A stretch of DNA of 64,000 bases, taken from the NCBI GenBank assembly GCA_963749155.1, contig CAVVLO010000003.1, positions 224,001 to 288,000 of the forward strand. Direction: 5' to 3'. Below, piece after piece: positions 9,384-21,403 of the stretch (the stretch's first letter is position 1; every line of letters starts with the position of its first letter). Made by a program: the position numbers and the translations under genes. Origin of the DNA: an uncultured Armatimonadia bacterium (GTDB lineage: Bacteria > Armatimonadota > Zipacnadia > CAVVLO01). The notes under the pieces were generated by a model. It saw only the letters and a list, made by a program, of their open reading frames with translations. It searched no databases and had not been told where the DNA came from.

Positions 9384-12300
9384 ATGTCAATTGTGATAAA
9401 CAAAGGCCTGTCCAGCGCCCGGGGGCTTGCGGTCGCCCTGCTGCTGACCGTTGCCGCATCAGGCTGCCAGTCGCTGGCCTTCGCCAAGGAGCAACCGATG
9501 TCACTCCCTTTCATCCAGGTCGCGCCTGACAACTGGACTTTCGAACAGGTTCCAGGCGGGGAGCGATTCATCCCCTTCGGAAGCAACTTCATCTTCACCA
9601 AACCGGGCAGCCCAAACGATGAGCATGCCCTCGATGTGCTGACTGCGCCTGAATGGAATCCGGAGCTGGTCCGGCGCGCCTTCGAAGGGGCTCGCGCGCT
9701 CAATATGAACGTGCTGAAGGTCTTCCTGCCCATCTGGCAGACCTTGCCAGATCCCCAGCCAAGGGGGCAACTGACCCTGGGCGCGATGGAACCGCCCCTG
9801 CTAGAACGCCTCGACTATGTATTTTTAGTGGCCAACGACACTGGCGTTTATGTCAGCCTGACGCTTGCGGAATGGGGCGCGCATAGCCTGAAGTGGTGGC
9901 AGGAAGGAGGCACCTTCCTCGGGCGCGATGAGGAATCGGCGACCGAGTTCAACACCTATGACATCTACCGGCGCTTCTGGACTCTGATTGCCACTCGCTA
10001 CAAGGACGAGCCGGCGCTTTTCTCCTACAATCTGGCGGTGGAGTTCTATCTGCCAGGGGGCAACTGGGGCGCGCAGAAAGACGAATCGGACGCTTACAGC
10101 CACGTATTTGGCGACCGGTGGGGGCTGCCGGCATGGCGCAAGTGCCTCAAGGCAAAATACGGTGAGGTAGCCAAAGCGAACCACGCCTGGGGGACGGACT
10201 ACGCTGGGCTGGAAGACGTGCCTCAGCCCTCACTGGCCTGGGGCGACAACCAATACGAGGCCCCTCAGGCGATGGTGGCCGACTATGGAGAGTTCCGCGA
10301 GCAGGTGACGGTGGCCTTCCTTCGCAACCAGACCGAAGCTATCCGGGCCGAGGACGGGCGCCATATGATTACTTGCGGCTTCCACCCTCATCACCCCGCC
10401 ATCGGCTGGCAGTGTTCGGCGATGTACCTGGCTGGCGCTGCGCCGGCCAAACTGGATATGCTGGACTACACCACCTCGCATGTCTACACGAACAATCCGG
10501 ACTACTCGCCCGGACTTGACCTGCGCAGTTGGCATATGGCCGTGATGGCGACGCGATTCGCCTACGGAGGCAAGCCTGTAATTGTCGAAGAGATGGGCCA
10601 TATCACCCTGGACCGGAGCGAAACTGCTCGCGAGACAATCCGCCTGGTCACAGCCCTAGCGCCTCACGCCTCGGGCTTTATGCTGTGGTTCCTCGGAGAC
10701 ATCAATCCGGAAAAGCCTTATGGCCCGCTTACGATGGACCTTGAAGTCAACTCCTTTGGAGAAGCCTGGCGCAAACTGGCCGAACCTGGTGGCGCAGTGG
10801 CCGACCTGCCGGCAGCCCGCGCGCCCGCAGTCACAACGTATATCGTCGACCGGCTGGAGGGCCTGGCGCCGACCAAGCCGACCTGCTTGCAGCAGGTACT
10901 GGACGACTGGGAAGGGACGCCCCAGCCTGTAGATATCGTATTCGAGGGTACTGGGCCAGTCGAGAGTGGCTACATCTCGCTCAAGGTAAGGGACGATGCG
11001 CTGGTCTCGCTAAGGTTTGACGCCACTGGACAAGGCCACTACGGCCCAGAGCTGATTGCCGAAGGCCAGGCAATTTCCGGTGTCAGCGGCCTTGGGCTGG
11101 AAGGGCCAAAACTGCGCTTCAATACGGCCGCTGGGGGCTTCTCCTGGCCGCTGCCCTTCACGCGAGAGGGCTATTACGACGCCGATACTCACCTCAATTA
11201 TCCTGATGGGAAATCCACCGAGGGCGCAACTCCGCTGGGGCTGCCAGTACGCAAGTTCGTGGCCAGCACGGGGCAGACGCTCTTCCTCGAGCACTTCAAA
11301 CGACTGCCCCTGGGCGAGCACGATACCTGGCTCAATCTGGGCCAGGGCAACACTGTCTGGCTGTATGGAGATGCGGGCTTTTCAGGCGCCGCCAGCGTGA
11401 AGGTAGAGGGCGAGACAGGGCTTGGTTTCGAGGTCGGCGAGACTTTTCTGCGACTGCACAGCCGGACTGCAGAAGGTAACGTGGAGATAAACCTGCACGT
11501 CGACGCCGGCCTGGCGCCGGTTAGGCCTCCTGAAATCAAGTATGAACCTGAACCCGAGATCACCTGCGACCTGACGGGCAAAAGCGTTCCAGCAAGCCCT
11601 TTGGCAAGTGACCTGCTGGCGATGGCCGGCTATTGGCATCCGGGAGTGATTGGGGGGGGCGAGTGGCTGCTGGATGATGTGCGTACCCACTGGTACAGCA
11701 ATCCTGCCTCTCACTATCACGCGCTACTGAGAGATGGGCTGCTCGCGCAACTTGCGCTTATCGGCTACGACCGCTACGAGCATTTTGGGCTGCTCTTCAA
11801 CTGGGGCTGCTATCCCGATTATGGCGCCGGTGGCCTGCTGAACGTCCCCGAGAACAACGGCAAGTATGATATGCGGATGCTCCACGTCAATGCGATGGCG
11901 ATAATCGCGGCGGCTGAATATGTGCTGACGACAGGTGATTATTCTCTGCTGGAGGCCCGGTCTGCGCGCTGGGTCTCAACCGACGGAGACGAAGCTCAAC
12001 CTCTGTGCGGGGGCAAGGCTTCGGTTTTCAATTATATATTGTCAGCCGGCGACTGCCGCCTCGATGGAAAAGCGCCCGAGAAGACTTTCTCTCTGGGGCA
12101 GTCCTTCAGCGCAAGTGAGCCCTTTGGGCAGGTCACCTTGCGTCTGGGCTGCCCTGTGACCAACACCGCGGACCTCTGGGAGAAGAAGCCCCTCGCCCCG
12201 GCTGTCGTCGAGGTGTTCGCGGGCGATGGAGAGCGCCTGCTGGCAAGAGAGGAAGTGGCGCTTCAGGTTGGGCAGACCGATCAGCAAATCAGTGTGCAAC

Positions 12301-14013
12301 TGCCCGAGCAAGCGCCTGCCGGGCAAGTATCTGGTCCGTGTGAGCGACCCTCGCAGCGGCGAGCGATATTTTGGCCCGGCCCTTGCCTGGTGGACCGAGC
12401 CTGATACTGATTATATTGGGGGCGAAGCCTTCTGGGGCCCCTCATCAGGCACTGTGCTGGAACGCCTGAAGGGACTTTTCGACTATCTCTACAAATATAC
12501 CGGGGTCGAACAGGAAGGCCTTTCTTACTATCCCGACGACCGCGAGCTACATATTCCCGACCAGAGGTCAGGTTGCCCTGGCGTAAGTATGCAGAACTCC
12601 TATCACGAGTGCCTGGGAGGCGGCTATGACGCCTTTATGGGCCTGTGGTGGCCTGCGGCCTGCGGGGCGATGGCCAGCCTCGAGGAGCTGCGGGGCAACA
12701 AGCACGGCGCCCTGGCCTGTCAAAGGCTGGAGGAGACTGCCAGGAGGGCGTATAACGCCAAATACTGGCATACAGTCGAGGAAAACGGCCAGCAGTTCGA
12801 ACGTTACTTCGGCAGTCAGGACTGGCAAGGCGCAATCCACGATTATGGCTTCACCTATTACAACCTCGAAGCGGCGGCTTGTGGCATCCCGAACCAGGCC
12901 CAAGGACAGGCTATCCTTCGGTGGCTGGACCGAGGCTATTGGCGACCTGACCCAGCCGGCCCCTGGCAAGAGGATATCTATTCGCCCTGGCAGATCGCAC
13001 CACCCTTCAATACGAAGGAAATTGGCGACTGGATTGGGATTACCGGCAAGCTACCGTATTTCGAGGTGCTTTCCAACGGCGGCACCAGGCTGATGTATGA
13101 GGCGCGAGACCTGCTGGCCAGGCGCGCCTATGTCTCACTCGATAATGCGCACGAGAGAAACGAGCAGGTGCTTGCGCGGTTCGCCAGTCCTGACCGACTG
13201 TGTGGAGGGCGAACCTTCGATGATCCAGGCCACAGAGGCAGGTGGCATTTCGGCCCGCCCTATAACGACCGGGCTGATATCGAAGGGTATCGAGAGATAT
13301 TTCCTGGCAACGGGACTCTGGCCTCCGCGCAAATCAATATGTATCTTGGAGCGAGCTTCGAGGCTGCCGGACTGCGTATTCGCCCTGAGGTGCCCTCGAC
13401 GCTGGACAGGATCAGCCTGGAGGGGATTGGGTTTCGCGGTCGCGCGCTGGACTTCACGCTGGAGGCACTGCGAGAGCCAGTCTCCGCCACCCAGGCAAAG
13501 GGCCAGCCTGCTGGCCTTCGGTGCTGGTATTTCCGGCCTGAGAGCGCCTTTAACACGGCGGCAATCAGGTTGCAGGGCTTGCCAAGCGGCCTTCCCTTTG
13601 CTGGTGGCGCGCAGGTGAGCCTCCTACTCGAAGTCGAGACGCAAGAAGGAGGCTGGGCGCAGGTGGCGCGCAACTGGCTGAGCCACGTGCGGGATGGCCA
13701 ACTGGTAACTGTCCGGGCGAGCAGAGCGCTCGATCCGGCTCTCTTGTATCGGCTTTCGCTGGAGGAGTTTGTCCCCCCTGAAGGCTGTAAAGTGACAATT
13801 AACGATGGCTTTCCAAACGAGCCAGTTTTGGGCCTTGAACGCACTCTGCTCAGCCTGCGACTTGCCTTGCCCGCAGCAGAGCCTTGCGGTTTCATCAGAG
13901 AGGCAAACGGCCTTGAGCAGCCTCTGACGACGACAGGCGCAACGCTGGTTGTAGAACCCGGCGACAGCGTGCTGGTGGGGCTGCCTCTGCTGGAGGCGCC
14001 CAGGAGCCCCTGA
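9384..14013 (+). CDS. About 1540-aa secreted multi-domain glycoside hydrolase: clan GH-A (GH5/42-like) barrel plus (alpha/alpha)6-like module; frameshift near 12321
   Basis: Signal/lipobox ASGC; RYKDEPALFSYNLAVE and KPVIVEEMG acid/base and nucleophile motifs; EYVLTTGD..AYNAKYW..GLRIRPEVP pattern of six-hairpin glycosidases. Confidence 0.65.
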
Positions 14014-14020
14014 TAACCTG

Positions 14021-15502
14021 ATGTATCTGGAATTTCGCTCTATCAGCAAACGTTTTCCCGGCGTCCAGGCCCTCGAGGACGTCAGCTTTGGCGTGGGCGA
14101 GGGCGAAGCGCATGCCCTGATAGGCGAAAATGGGGCTGGCAAGAGCACTCTGCTCAAGCTGCTTGGAGGCAGTCTTCAGCCTACTTCGGGGGCTATCTGG
14201 CTTGATGGCGAAGAGCGTCATTTGGGTTCTGCCCGCGAGGCGCTGGCCGCTGGGATAGCGGTAATCCAGCAGGAGCTGCAGCTCGTGCCCGAGCGCAGCG
14301 TCGCGGAGAACCTCTTCCTTGGTCATCTGCCCGCCCAGCTTGGCTGGGTAAACAAGCGCAAACTGATGAGCCTGGCCACCGAGCAACTGGCTCTGGTCGG
14401 CGAGGAGCGTATCCATCCGGCCACTTTGGTCAGCGCGCTGCCTATCGCCCAGCGGCAGATGGTAGAACTGGCGAAGGCACTGACCCGGGGCGCGAAGGTT
14501 GTCGCTTTCGATGAGCCAACCAGCAGCCTCTCGGAACGCGAAGTGCAGCGACTTTTTTCAATTATCCGGGAGCTCAAGGCGCGCGGCCAGGTTGTGCTGT
14601 ACGTCTCGCACAGGCTGGAGGAACTCTTCCAGGTGTGCGACTCGGCGACGGTGTTGCGCGATGGGCGGCTGGTCGAGACCTTCCCCACCCTGGAAGGCGT
14701 CAGTCAGGAGACCCTGGTCACCCGGATGGTGGGGCGCGAGCTTGCCGATATCTTCAACTATGCCCCGCGCGCGATTGGCGAGACTGTATTGCAGGTAGAG
14801 CAACTTGAAGGGCCTGGCCTTGCGGCGCCTGTCAGCCTCGAACTCGGCAGGGGAGAAGTGGTGGGGATATTCGGCCTGGTGGGAGCTGGCAGGACTGAGT
14901 TGCTGAAACTCCTCTTCGGCGCCCGCCGCGCAACTGGAGGGGTTGTGTTGTTCGAGGGAAGGCCGCTTCGCCTGGCTGACCCCCGAGATGCCATCCGGGC
15001 GGGCATCGTGCTGTGTCCTGAAGACCGCCGGTCCGAAGGGATAATCCCTGTCAGGCCAGTGATGGAGAACCTGAATCTGGCCGCCCACAAGCGCCTTGCG
15101 CCAGTTGGGATCATCAGTCCCGCAAGAGAGCGCCTTCATGCCGCGGCTCTGGTGGAGCAGCTTGATGTGAAGACGCCCTCGCTGCGGCAACTTATTATGC
15201 ATCTATCCGGCGGCAACCAGCAGAAGGTAGTCTTTGGCCGCTGGCTTGCTACCGAGCCGAAGGTGCTGCTGCTCGATGAGCCTACGCGCGGGATAGACGT
15301 TGGCGCGCGCAGCGAGCTGTATGGCATTATCCAGAGGCTGGCAAGTCAGGGCGTCGCAGTGTTGATGGCAAGCAGCGACTTGCCCGAGGTGCTGGGTTTG
15401 TCGGATCGCGTGTTGGTTATGAACGAGGGTCGGCTGGCCGGGGAACTTGCGCGCGCCGAGGCCACACCCGCAGTCGTGATGAAGCTGGCGTTGCCTGCCT
15501 GA
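14021..15502 (+). CDS. araG: L-arabinose ABC transporter ATP-binding protein
   Basis: GENGAGKST, AFDEPTSSLS, LSGGNQQK and LDEPTRGIDVGA; two-domain CUT2 ATPase in araF context. Confidence 0.9.
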   Translation: MYLEFRSISKRFPGVQALEDVSFGVGEGEAHALIGENGAGKSTLLKLLGGSLQPTSGAIWLDGEERHLGSAREALAAGIAVIQQELQLVPERSVAENLFLGHLPAQLGWVNKRKLMSLATEQLALVGEERIHPATLVSALPIAQRQMVELAKALTRGAKVVAFDEPTSSLSEREVQRLFSIIRELKARGQVVLYVSHRLEELFQVCDSATVLRDGRLVETFPTLEGVSQETLVTRMVGRELADIFNYAPRAIGETVLQVEQLEGPGLAAPVSLELGRGEVVGIFGLVGAGRTELLKLLFGARRATGGVVLFEGRPLRLADPRDAIRAGIVLCPEDRRSEGIIPVRPVMENLNLAAHKRLAPVGIISPARERLHAAALVEQLDVKTPSLRQLIMHLSGGNQQKVVFGRWLATEPKVLLLDEPTRGIDVGARSELYGIIQRLASQGVAVLMASSDLPEVLGLSDRVLVMNEGRLAGELARAEATPAVVMKLALPA

Positions 15503-15514
15503 GAGGACTAGCTG

Positions 15515-16481
15515 ATGACCGAAATCGCAACCAAAGTAAAGAAGACTGGCCCGCCCAGCTCGCTACTCGACCAGGTAGGGCTGTTCGCTGTGCTGGTGCT
15601 GCTTGCGGGCGGCGCCTCGATTTTCGTACCTTTCTTCTTCAGCCCTACCAACTTCGAGGCACTGGCGCTGTCCATCGCCACCGTCGGGATGATCGCCAGC
15701 ACGATGCTCTTCTGCCTGGCCTCGGGCGATTTCGACCTGTCGGTAGGCTCAATCGTTGCCTTTTCGGGCGTGCTTGCCGCGGCGGTCACGAATGCAACCG
15801 GCGATGTCCTCGTTGGGGTTGGTTCGGGGATTGCGGCAGGCGCGGTGGTCGGCCTTATCAATGGGGCCTTCATCGCGGGATTCGGAATCAACGCCTTGAT
15901 AACGACCCTTGCGACGATGCAGATAGTACGGGGTCTGGCCTATATAGCTTCGGACGGGAAAGCTATTGGAGTAAACAATCAGGGGTTCTTCTTCGCCCTC
16001 GCCGCGCCGCTCAAGGTGCCTGGACCTGTCTGGATAATGGTCGGCTGTATGGTCAGTCTTCGGCTTGCTGCTCAGCCGCACCGTGTTTGGCCTGAACACG
16101 CTGGCAATCGGGGGCAACCGGGAGGCCGCGCGGCTTGCGGGCATACCTGTTGTGCGGACCAAGATTGCCATCTTCACGCTGCAGGGGCTTGTCGCTGGAA
16201 TCGCAGGCGTAGTACTCGCCTCGCGAATGACAAGCGGCCAGCCCTCGACCAGTCAGGGGCTTGAGCTGCAGGTCATCTCGGCTTGCGTGCTGGGGGGCGT
16301 TTCCCTCACCGGCGGCATCGGCTCGATGGCCGGCGTCGTGGTTGGCGTGCTGATTATGGGCATCGTAAACAATGTCCTCAACCTGCTGAATGTGCAGCCC
16401 TTCTATCAGTATCTCGTCAGCGGCGCCATCTTGCTGGCCGCTGTCAGTTTCGACCGGATCAAGCAATTACTCAGGCGGTAA
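15515..16481 (+). CDS. araH: L-arabinose ABC transporter permease; frameshift near 16054
   Basis: MLFCLASGDFDLSVGS, INALITTLATMQIVRGLAYI and ELQVISACVLGGVSL match AraH. Confidence 0.88.
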
Positions 16482-16498
16482 CGCCAGGAGGATATCGT

Positions 16499-17565
16499 AT
16501 GCGTTTTCTACTTATGACCTGGTTGCTTGCGACACTTGGCCTGGTGCTGGCGTCCTGCGGAGAGGCGGATTATCCCGTGCTGGAAGCCAAACCCTACTGG
16601 ATTGGCGTTGCGCCTCCGCATATCGCCGAACCTGTCGGGCCGATGCTGGCGCCGGATGCCAGCCTGGAAGAGTGGCCTGTCGCACCTTTCCGTCTATAAA
16701 TACTACGGCGTGCAGGTGCCAGGCGTAACCTGGGCCACCCCGCTGCCCGTGCCCGAGCTGGTCGCCTTTGCCAAACGCAACAACCTGAAGCTCGCCTGCG
16801 AATTCGGAAGTTTTACGCCGGGGCCTGGGCATCACTTCAGCGATACGGCCTTCGCAGAGCTCGAGAGGGAACTCGATCCCGTTATCGCGGCAGGAGGGAC
16901 TATCTACTCCATCGACCTCGACGGGCCGGTATGCCGCACGATAAAGGGGATTATCAATACTCCCGACGGGATGACCCTCGAAGCCATCGCAAGCGAGCTG
17001 GCGCGCTTCTTCGCCCTGGCCAGAGCAAAATATCCAGGGCTGAAGATTGGGCTTATCCCGAATCTGCCCAACTGGGACTATACCCGCGACCTGCTTGGGT
17101 ACAACGGCCACAATACCGATATGTCGGGCTATACCTATCTGGAGGCGCTGGAAGCGGTCAGCGCGGCGCTGAAAGCCAATAGCGATCAGATAGACTTTGT
17201 CGAGGTGGACTGTCCCTACAATTATTACCGCGAGAAGCGTACCCGCACGAAGGATGGCCCAGTCGACAACGCGGCCAAGTTGAAAGCGCTACAGCAGTGG
17301 TGCCAGGCTCACAAGAGCCGAGTTCGTGCTGATAGTGAACGCGGAGCATCGGGGCGGCGGGGGCAAGGCCTTCCACGAGCTGGTGTTGAGTTATGTGCGG
17401 GCGATCCGGCGAGATGGCGTTTTCCCCGATGGCTTCCTGCTGCAGTCGTGGTACGACAAGCCTGACGTGAATCTGCCCGAGACAGAGCCGTATACCTTCA
17501 GCAACACGGTGAGGGACGCGGCGCGGTTGATATCGTTCACCTTCCCGCTCGCGCACCAGAAGTAG
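16499..17565 (+). CDS. Hypothetical lipoprotein, possibly a TIM-barrel glycosidase-like protein; frameshifts near 16663 and 17317
   Basis: AGGAGG RBS, LASC lipobox; three consecutive ORF pieces join by +1 shifts; QSWY..P..NLPE tail. Confidence 0.65.
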
Positions 17566-17587
17566 CCATCGCTTTCCCCAAGTATGA

Positions 17588-17612
17588 GGGGTATGGGGGC
17601 AACCTGCCCCCA
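17588..17612 (+). repeat. REP-like palindrome GGGGTA-TGGGGGCA-acc-TGCCCCCA
   Basis: Perfect 8-bp stem; same layout as the elements at 50261-50374 and 60476-60576. Confidence 0.6.
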
Positions 17613-17662
17613 CGCTTTTTTGGTTTTGGAGGATTTTCCGCTCTTCCAGCCAAATTCTCCGT

Positions 17663-20093
17663 ATGATGACCTTTATCGCACTTGTCGTCCTTGTAGTGCT
17701 TTCCGCTTCACCGGTTCTTGCACAGCCACCGTGCGCAAGCCTCGCCCAACAGCAGGTGCTGACCTCGGCTGGAGGGCCGGGGAGAGCAGGCTTTCCTCGA
17801 AGCGCCGGCGCTTGCCAGCGATGGCCTGGGGGGGCTCTGGCTTACCTGGTTGAAGCGGCTTCCCGACTATACGGAACAGCTCTGTTTCAGCCGGTATGAC
17901 GGCACGTGGAGAGAGCCGCTAACTTTCGCCTCGGGCCGGTTCGAGGCGCCTCAACTAGCCTGCGCGCCTGGCGGCACGCCGATGGCCGTCTGGGTAAGTC
18001 TCGAAGGCGATTCCTTCCGACTGCGCGCAAGCCGGTGGACCTCAACTGGCTTTGGCAAGCCGGCGCTGGTGCCTTCTGCTGGTGGCAAGGCGGCCAATCC
18101 GGCGCTGATCGCGGGTGCGGATGGCGACTTCTGGCTGGCGTTTGAAGATTACAAGCAAGCGCGTTTCCGCGTTTTCCTCACCCACTTCACAAACGGCAAG
18201 TGGAGCAAGCCAGTGCTGCTTTCAGACGCCGGCCGCAACGCCTACACGCCCTCTCTCGCGCTTGATGGAAACGGTCAGCAACTCTGGGTTGCCTGGTCAG
18301 CGGTTATGGAGGAAGGCGCCTATGCGCTGCATGGCAGGAGCCTCGACCTGGCAACCGACGCCGTCGGCCCCCGGCTTGTGCTGGTTGCGGGCGGCCAGAT
18401 GGGCAAGCGTCCGGACATCAATCTCTACCCCTCACTCTCGACCGACCCCGCGGGCGGTATCTGGCTGGCATGGGAAGGCGACAGCCCTGGCAGCCTGCGT
18501 CAGACGCGCGTCTCAGGACTCGGTGACCATTGGGGAGGGCGTCGCATCAACGTCGTCCACTTCGAGGCCGGGCGGCTCTCAGAGGCTCGCCCGCGGATGC
18601 GTCCTGCCGGCTCTGCGGTGCTGTCGGGCCTGAATGACCATATGCCGGCACTGATTTCCGACCCCGCTGGCCGGTTGTGGGTCTTTTCGCGACTGTCAGT
18701 GCAGAAGCCCCAACCCCCCTGGAGCGTCCGCTGTACGGTCCTGGGTGCTGGCGGCTGGAGCCAGGCCGCCGACCTGCTGCAGGAGCAGCCCCTCGGGCGG
18801 CTCGCCCATCCTGCCGTGGCCTTCACTTCGCCAGGCGAGTTGTGGGTTGCCTGGACTTCCGACAACCTGCCCAACAACCGCACCGCTGGGCAGCTCACCG
18901 AGTTGCACGTGGCCAGGTGTGAGGCCTCGGTCACTCCGGCTGCCAGCCCACCACTACGCACCCTCGTCCAGAGCGTACCCGAGGCGCCAGTGACACTCGC
19001 CTCAGCCCCTTCAAGAGCGACCCTTGAAGTCTCCGGAGAGCGCTATACGCTGCTCTCGGGTAATCTCCATGAGCACACCCTCTTCTCGCGCTGCTGGGTG
19101 GACGGTTCCGATGGCTGGCTTCAGGACGATTATCGTTATGGCCACGACGAGGAAGGTTATGATTTCGTCGGGCTGACAGATCATGGCTATGATATGGGGC
19201 CTGCAGAATGGCGAGAGGTAGTCAGGGCAGCCGATTTCTACGATGATGCACCCGGCTTCATCGCCGTTCCTGGCTACGAGTGGACGATGAGCGGTCCGAC
19301 GCGCCCGGTTGGTTCGGGGCATCGTAATGTCTTCTTCACGAGCAGCGAGGACGCGCTCAGGTTCACTTTCGACGATGGGCAGGTGCCTGATCGCAACGAC
19401 CCCAGCTCTGTGCGGATAGACCAGATCTGGGCGCTGCTGCGCGAGAAGGGCATCAGCGACGCCATCACCATACCACACCATCCCGCTGATAAAGACCACC
19501 CAGTAGATTGGGATTATCATGATCCGGACTATCAGCAAGTCGTTGAGCTCTTCCAGGGCCGCCAGTCGGCTGAATACAAGGGCTGCCCGCGCCAGACACC
19601 CAACCTGACGGAACTGGACGGCTGCTTCGTGCAGGATGCGCTGGCGCGCGGGTATCGGATGGGCTTCATTGCCAGTGGCGACCATAACTCGATGGGCGTG
19701 GGGCTGGCTTGTGTTTGGGTGAAAGAGCCAACTCGTGCCGGTGTTATGGAGGCGCTGCGCGCGCGTCGCTGCTTCGGCACAACAGGCTCACGCTGGTTTG
19801 TAGATTTTCGCTCCGATGGGCACTTCATGGGAGAAGAGTATGAAACTGACGCTCCCCCCCATCTTACGGGCAAGCTGGTCTCGGGCAAACCACTGAAGCA
19901 GGTTACGCTGTTCCGGCAAGGGCAGACGATTCTGGATCTGGACGCCGAAGCGCTTGGGGGAAGCACCGAATACACCCTCGACCTGACCGACGAGGGCTGG
20001 ACACCTGGCGTTTATTATTATCTGCGCGGCATCGACGAGGCCAACCAGATCGCCTGGGCGAGTCCAATCTGGGTTGACGCCCTGAGCCACTAA
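17663..20093 (+). CDS. Secreted protein: beta-propeller-like repeats plus PHP-fold metallohydrolase (DUF3604/CehA-McbA-like); frameshift near 17780
   Basis: Signal peptide; repeated P.L..D..G..WLAW blades; GNLHEHT, LTDH, GYEWT, GHRNV, IPHHP and ASGDH metal motifs. Confidence 0.75.
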
Positions 20094-20108
20094 GAGTAAG
20101 TTACACTT

Positions 20109-21035
20109 ATGAATTACGTATTTGGGCCAGTCCCCTCACGCAGGCTCGGGAGGTCACTGGGCGTTGACCTGGTGCCTTTCAAGACTTGCAGCTATGACTG
20201 CATCTACTGCCAGCTCGGGCCGACGACCTGCAAGACAGCCGAGTTTCAGGAAGGGCCGCCTCTTGATGAAGTGGTCGCCCAGGTTGCAGCAAGGCTTGAG
20301 AGCAAACCCGATTATGTGACCCTCAGCGGCAGTGGCGAGCCTACGCTTTACGCTCACCTGGCCGAATTGGTAATCCGATTGAAGGCCCTGACCGACGTCC
20401 CGGTTGCGGTGCTGACCAATGGCTCGCTGCTGTGGAATCCAGACGTGCGAAAGGCCTTGCTGCCGGCGGATTTGGTCATCCCATCGCTGGATGCCGGCGA
20501 TGAGGCCACTTTCAAAATTGTTAACCGCCCGCATGAGAGCCTCAACTTCGAGCAGATGGTGGAAGGACTTGTGGACTTCCGAAAGGAGTTCTCCGGTCAG
20601 CTCTGGCTTGAAGTGATGGTGCTCGAAGGGCTGACGGACTCTGAAGAGACAATGACCCCTATTGCAGAGCTCGCAAGACGCATCGGGCCGGACAGAGTAC
20701 AATTGAACACGGCAACTCGGCCGACAGCCTTCGAGCAGGCAAGGCCTGTGCCGGCGGAGAGACTGGCTCAACTCGCGAGGTTATTCTCCCCCGCCGCAGA
20801 GCCGATCGCCGATTATCAGGGCACTCATCAGGCGGCCGAATTCGCCGGAGAGCGTCAGGCTGTGTTAGAGTTGCTTGCGCGTCGCCCCTGCACGCTGGCG
20901 GACGTCGCCGAGGGGCTTGGCCTTCACCTGAACCAGGCCACCAAGCACCTTGAAGAGCTGGTCGCCGAGGAGAAGGCTGAAGAAATCGCCCGGGAAGGGC
21001 GCGTTTACTTTCGCGTCCGGAAGCAGGCAGAATAA
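20109..21035 (+). CDS. Radical SAM protein (COG0731-like Fe-S oxidoreductase) with C-terminal HTH-like region
   Basis: YVFGPVPSRRLGRSLGVDL, CSYDCIYC cluster motif and SGSGEPTL. Confidence 0.9.
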   Translation: MNYVFGPVPSRRLGRSLGVDLVPFKTCSYDCIYCQLGPTTCKTAEFQEGPPLDEVVAQVAARLESKPDYVTLSGSGEPTLYAHLAELVIRLKALTDVPVAVLTNGSLLWNPDVRKALLPADLVIPSLDAGDEATFKIVNRPHESLNFEQMVEGLVDFRKEFSGQLWLEVMVLEGLTDSEETMTPIAELARRIGPDRVQLNTATRPTAFEQARPVPAERLAQLARLFSPAAEPIADYQGTHQAAEFAGERQAVLELLARRPCTLADVAEGLGLHLNQATKHLEELVAEEKAEEIAREGRVYFRVRKQAE

Positions 21036-21059
21036 GGCACTTATCAGGAGGACTATCCT

Positions 21060-21398
21060 ATGCGTATAGCTGTACCAGTGGTAGGCGGGAAGGTCTCAAC
21101 GCACTTTGGTCATTGTGATGTTTTCGCCTTCTTTGAGGCGGACCTTGAGGGGAAGACCCTTGGCCCGCGCGTTGACATCGTCCCTCCCCCCCACGAGCCC
21201 GGCCTGCTGCCGAAGTGGCTGGCGGACGAGGGCGTAACCGTCGTGCTGGGAGGCGGGATGGGTAACCGCGCTCAGCAACTGCTGGCGGAGCAAGGCATCG
21301 AGGTCCTCCTCGGTTGTCCCGAAGGCGCACCTGAAGACGTTGCCCAGGCCTGGCTGGCGGGCACTCTTGAAGCCTCGGGCAACGCTTGCGATCACTAA
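21060..21398 (+). CDS. NifB/NifX-family (FeMo-cofactor-binding-like) protein
   Basis: MRIAVP..STHFGHC..PPPHEPG..GGMG..NACDH; GGAGG RBS. Confidence 0.9.
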   Translation: MRIAVPVVGGKVSTHFGHCDVFAFFEADLEGKTLGPRVDIVPPPHEPGLLPKWLADEGVTVVLGGGMGNRAQQLLAEQGIEVLLGCPEGAPEDVAQAWLAGTLEASGNACDH

Positions 21399-21403
21399 GG
21401 CTT

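Noticed and set aside
21060..21398. Nitrogen fixation
   Set aside because: A lone NifB/NifX-family domain is common in non-diazotrophs; no nifHDK here.
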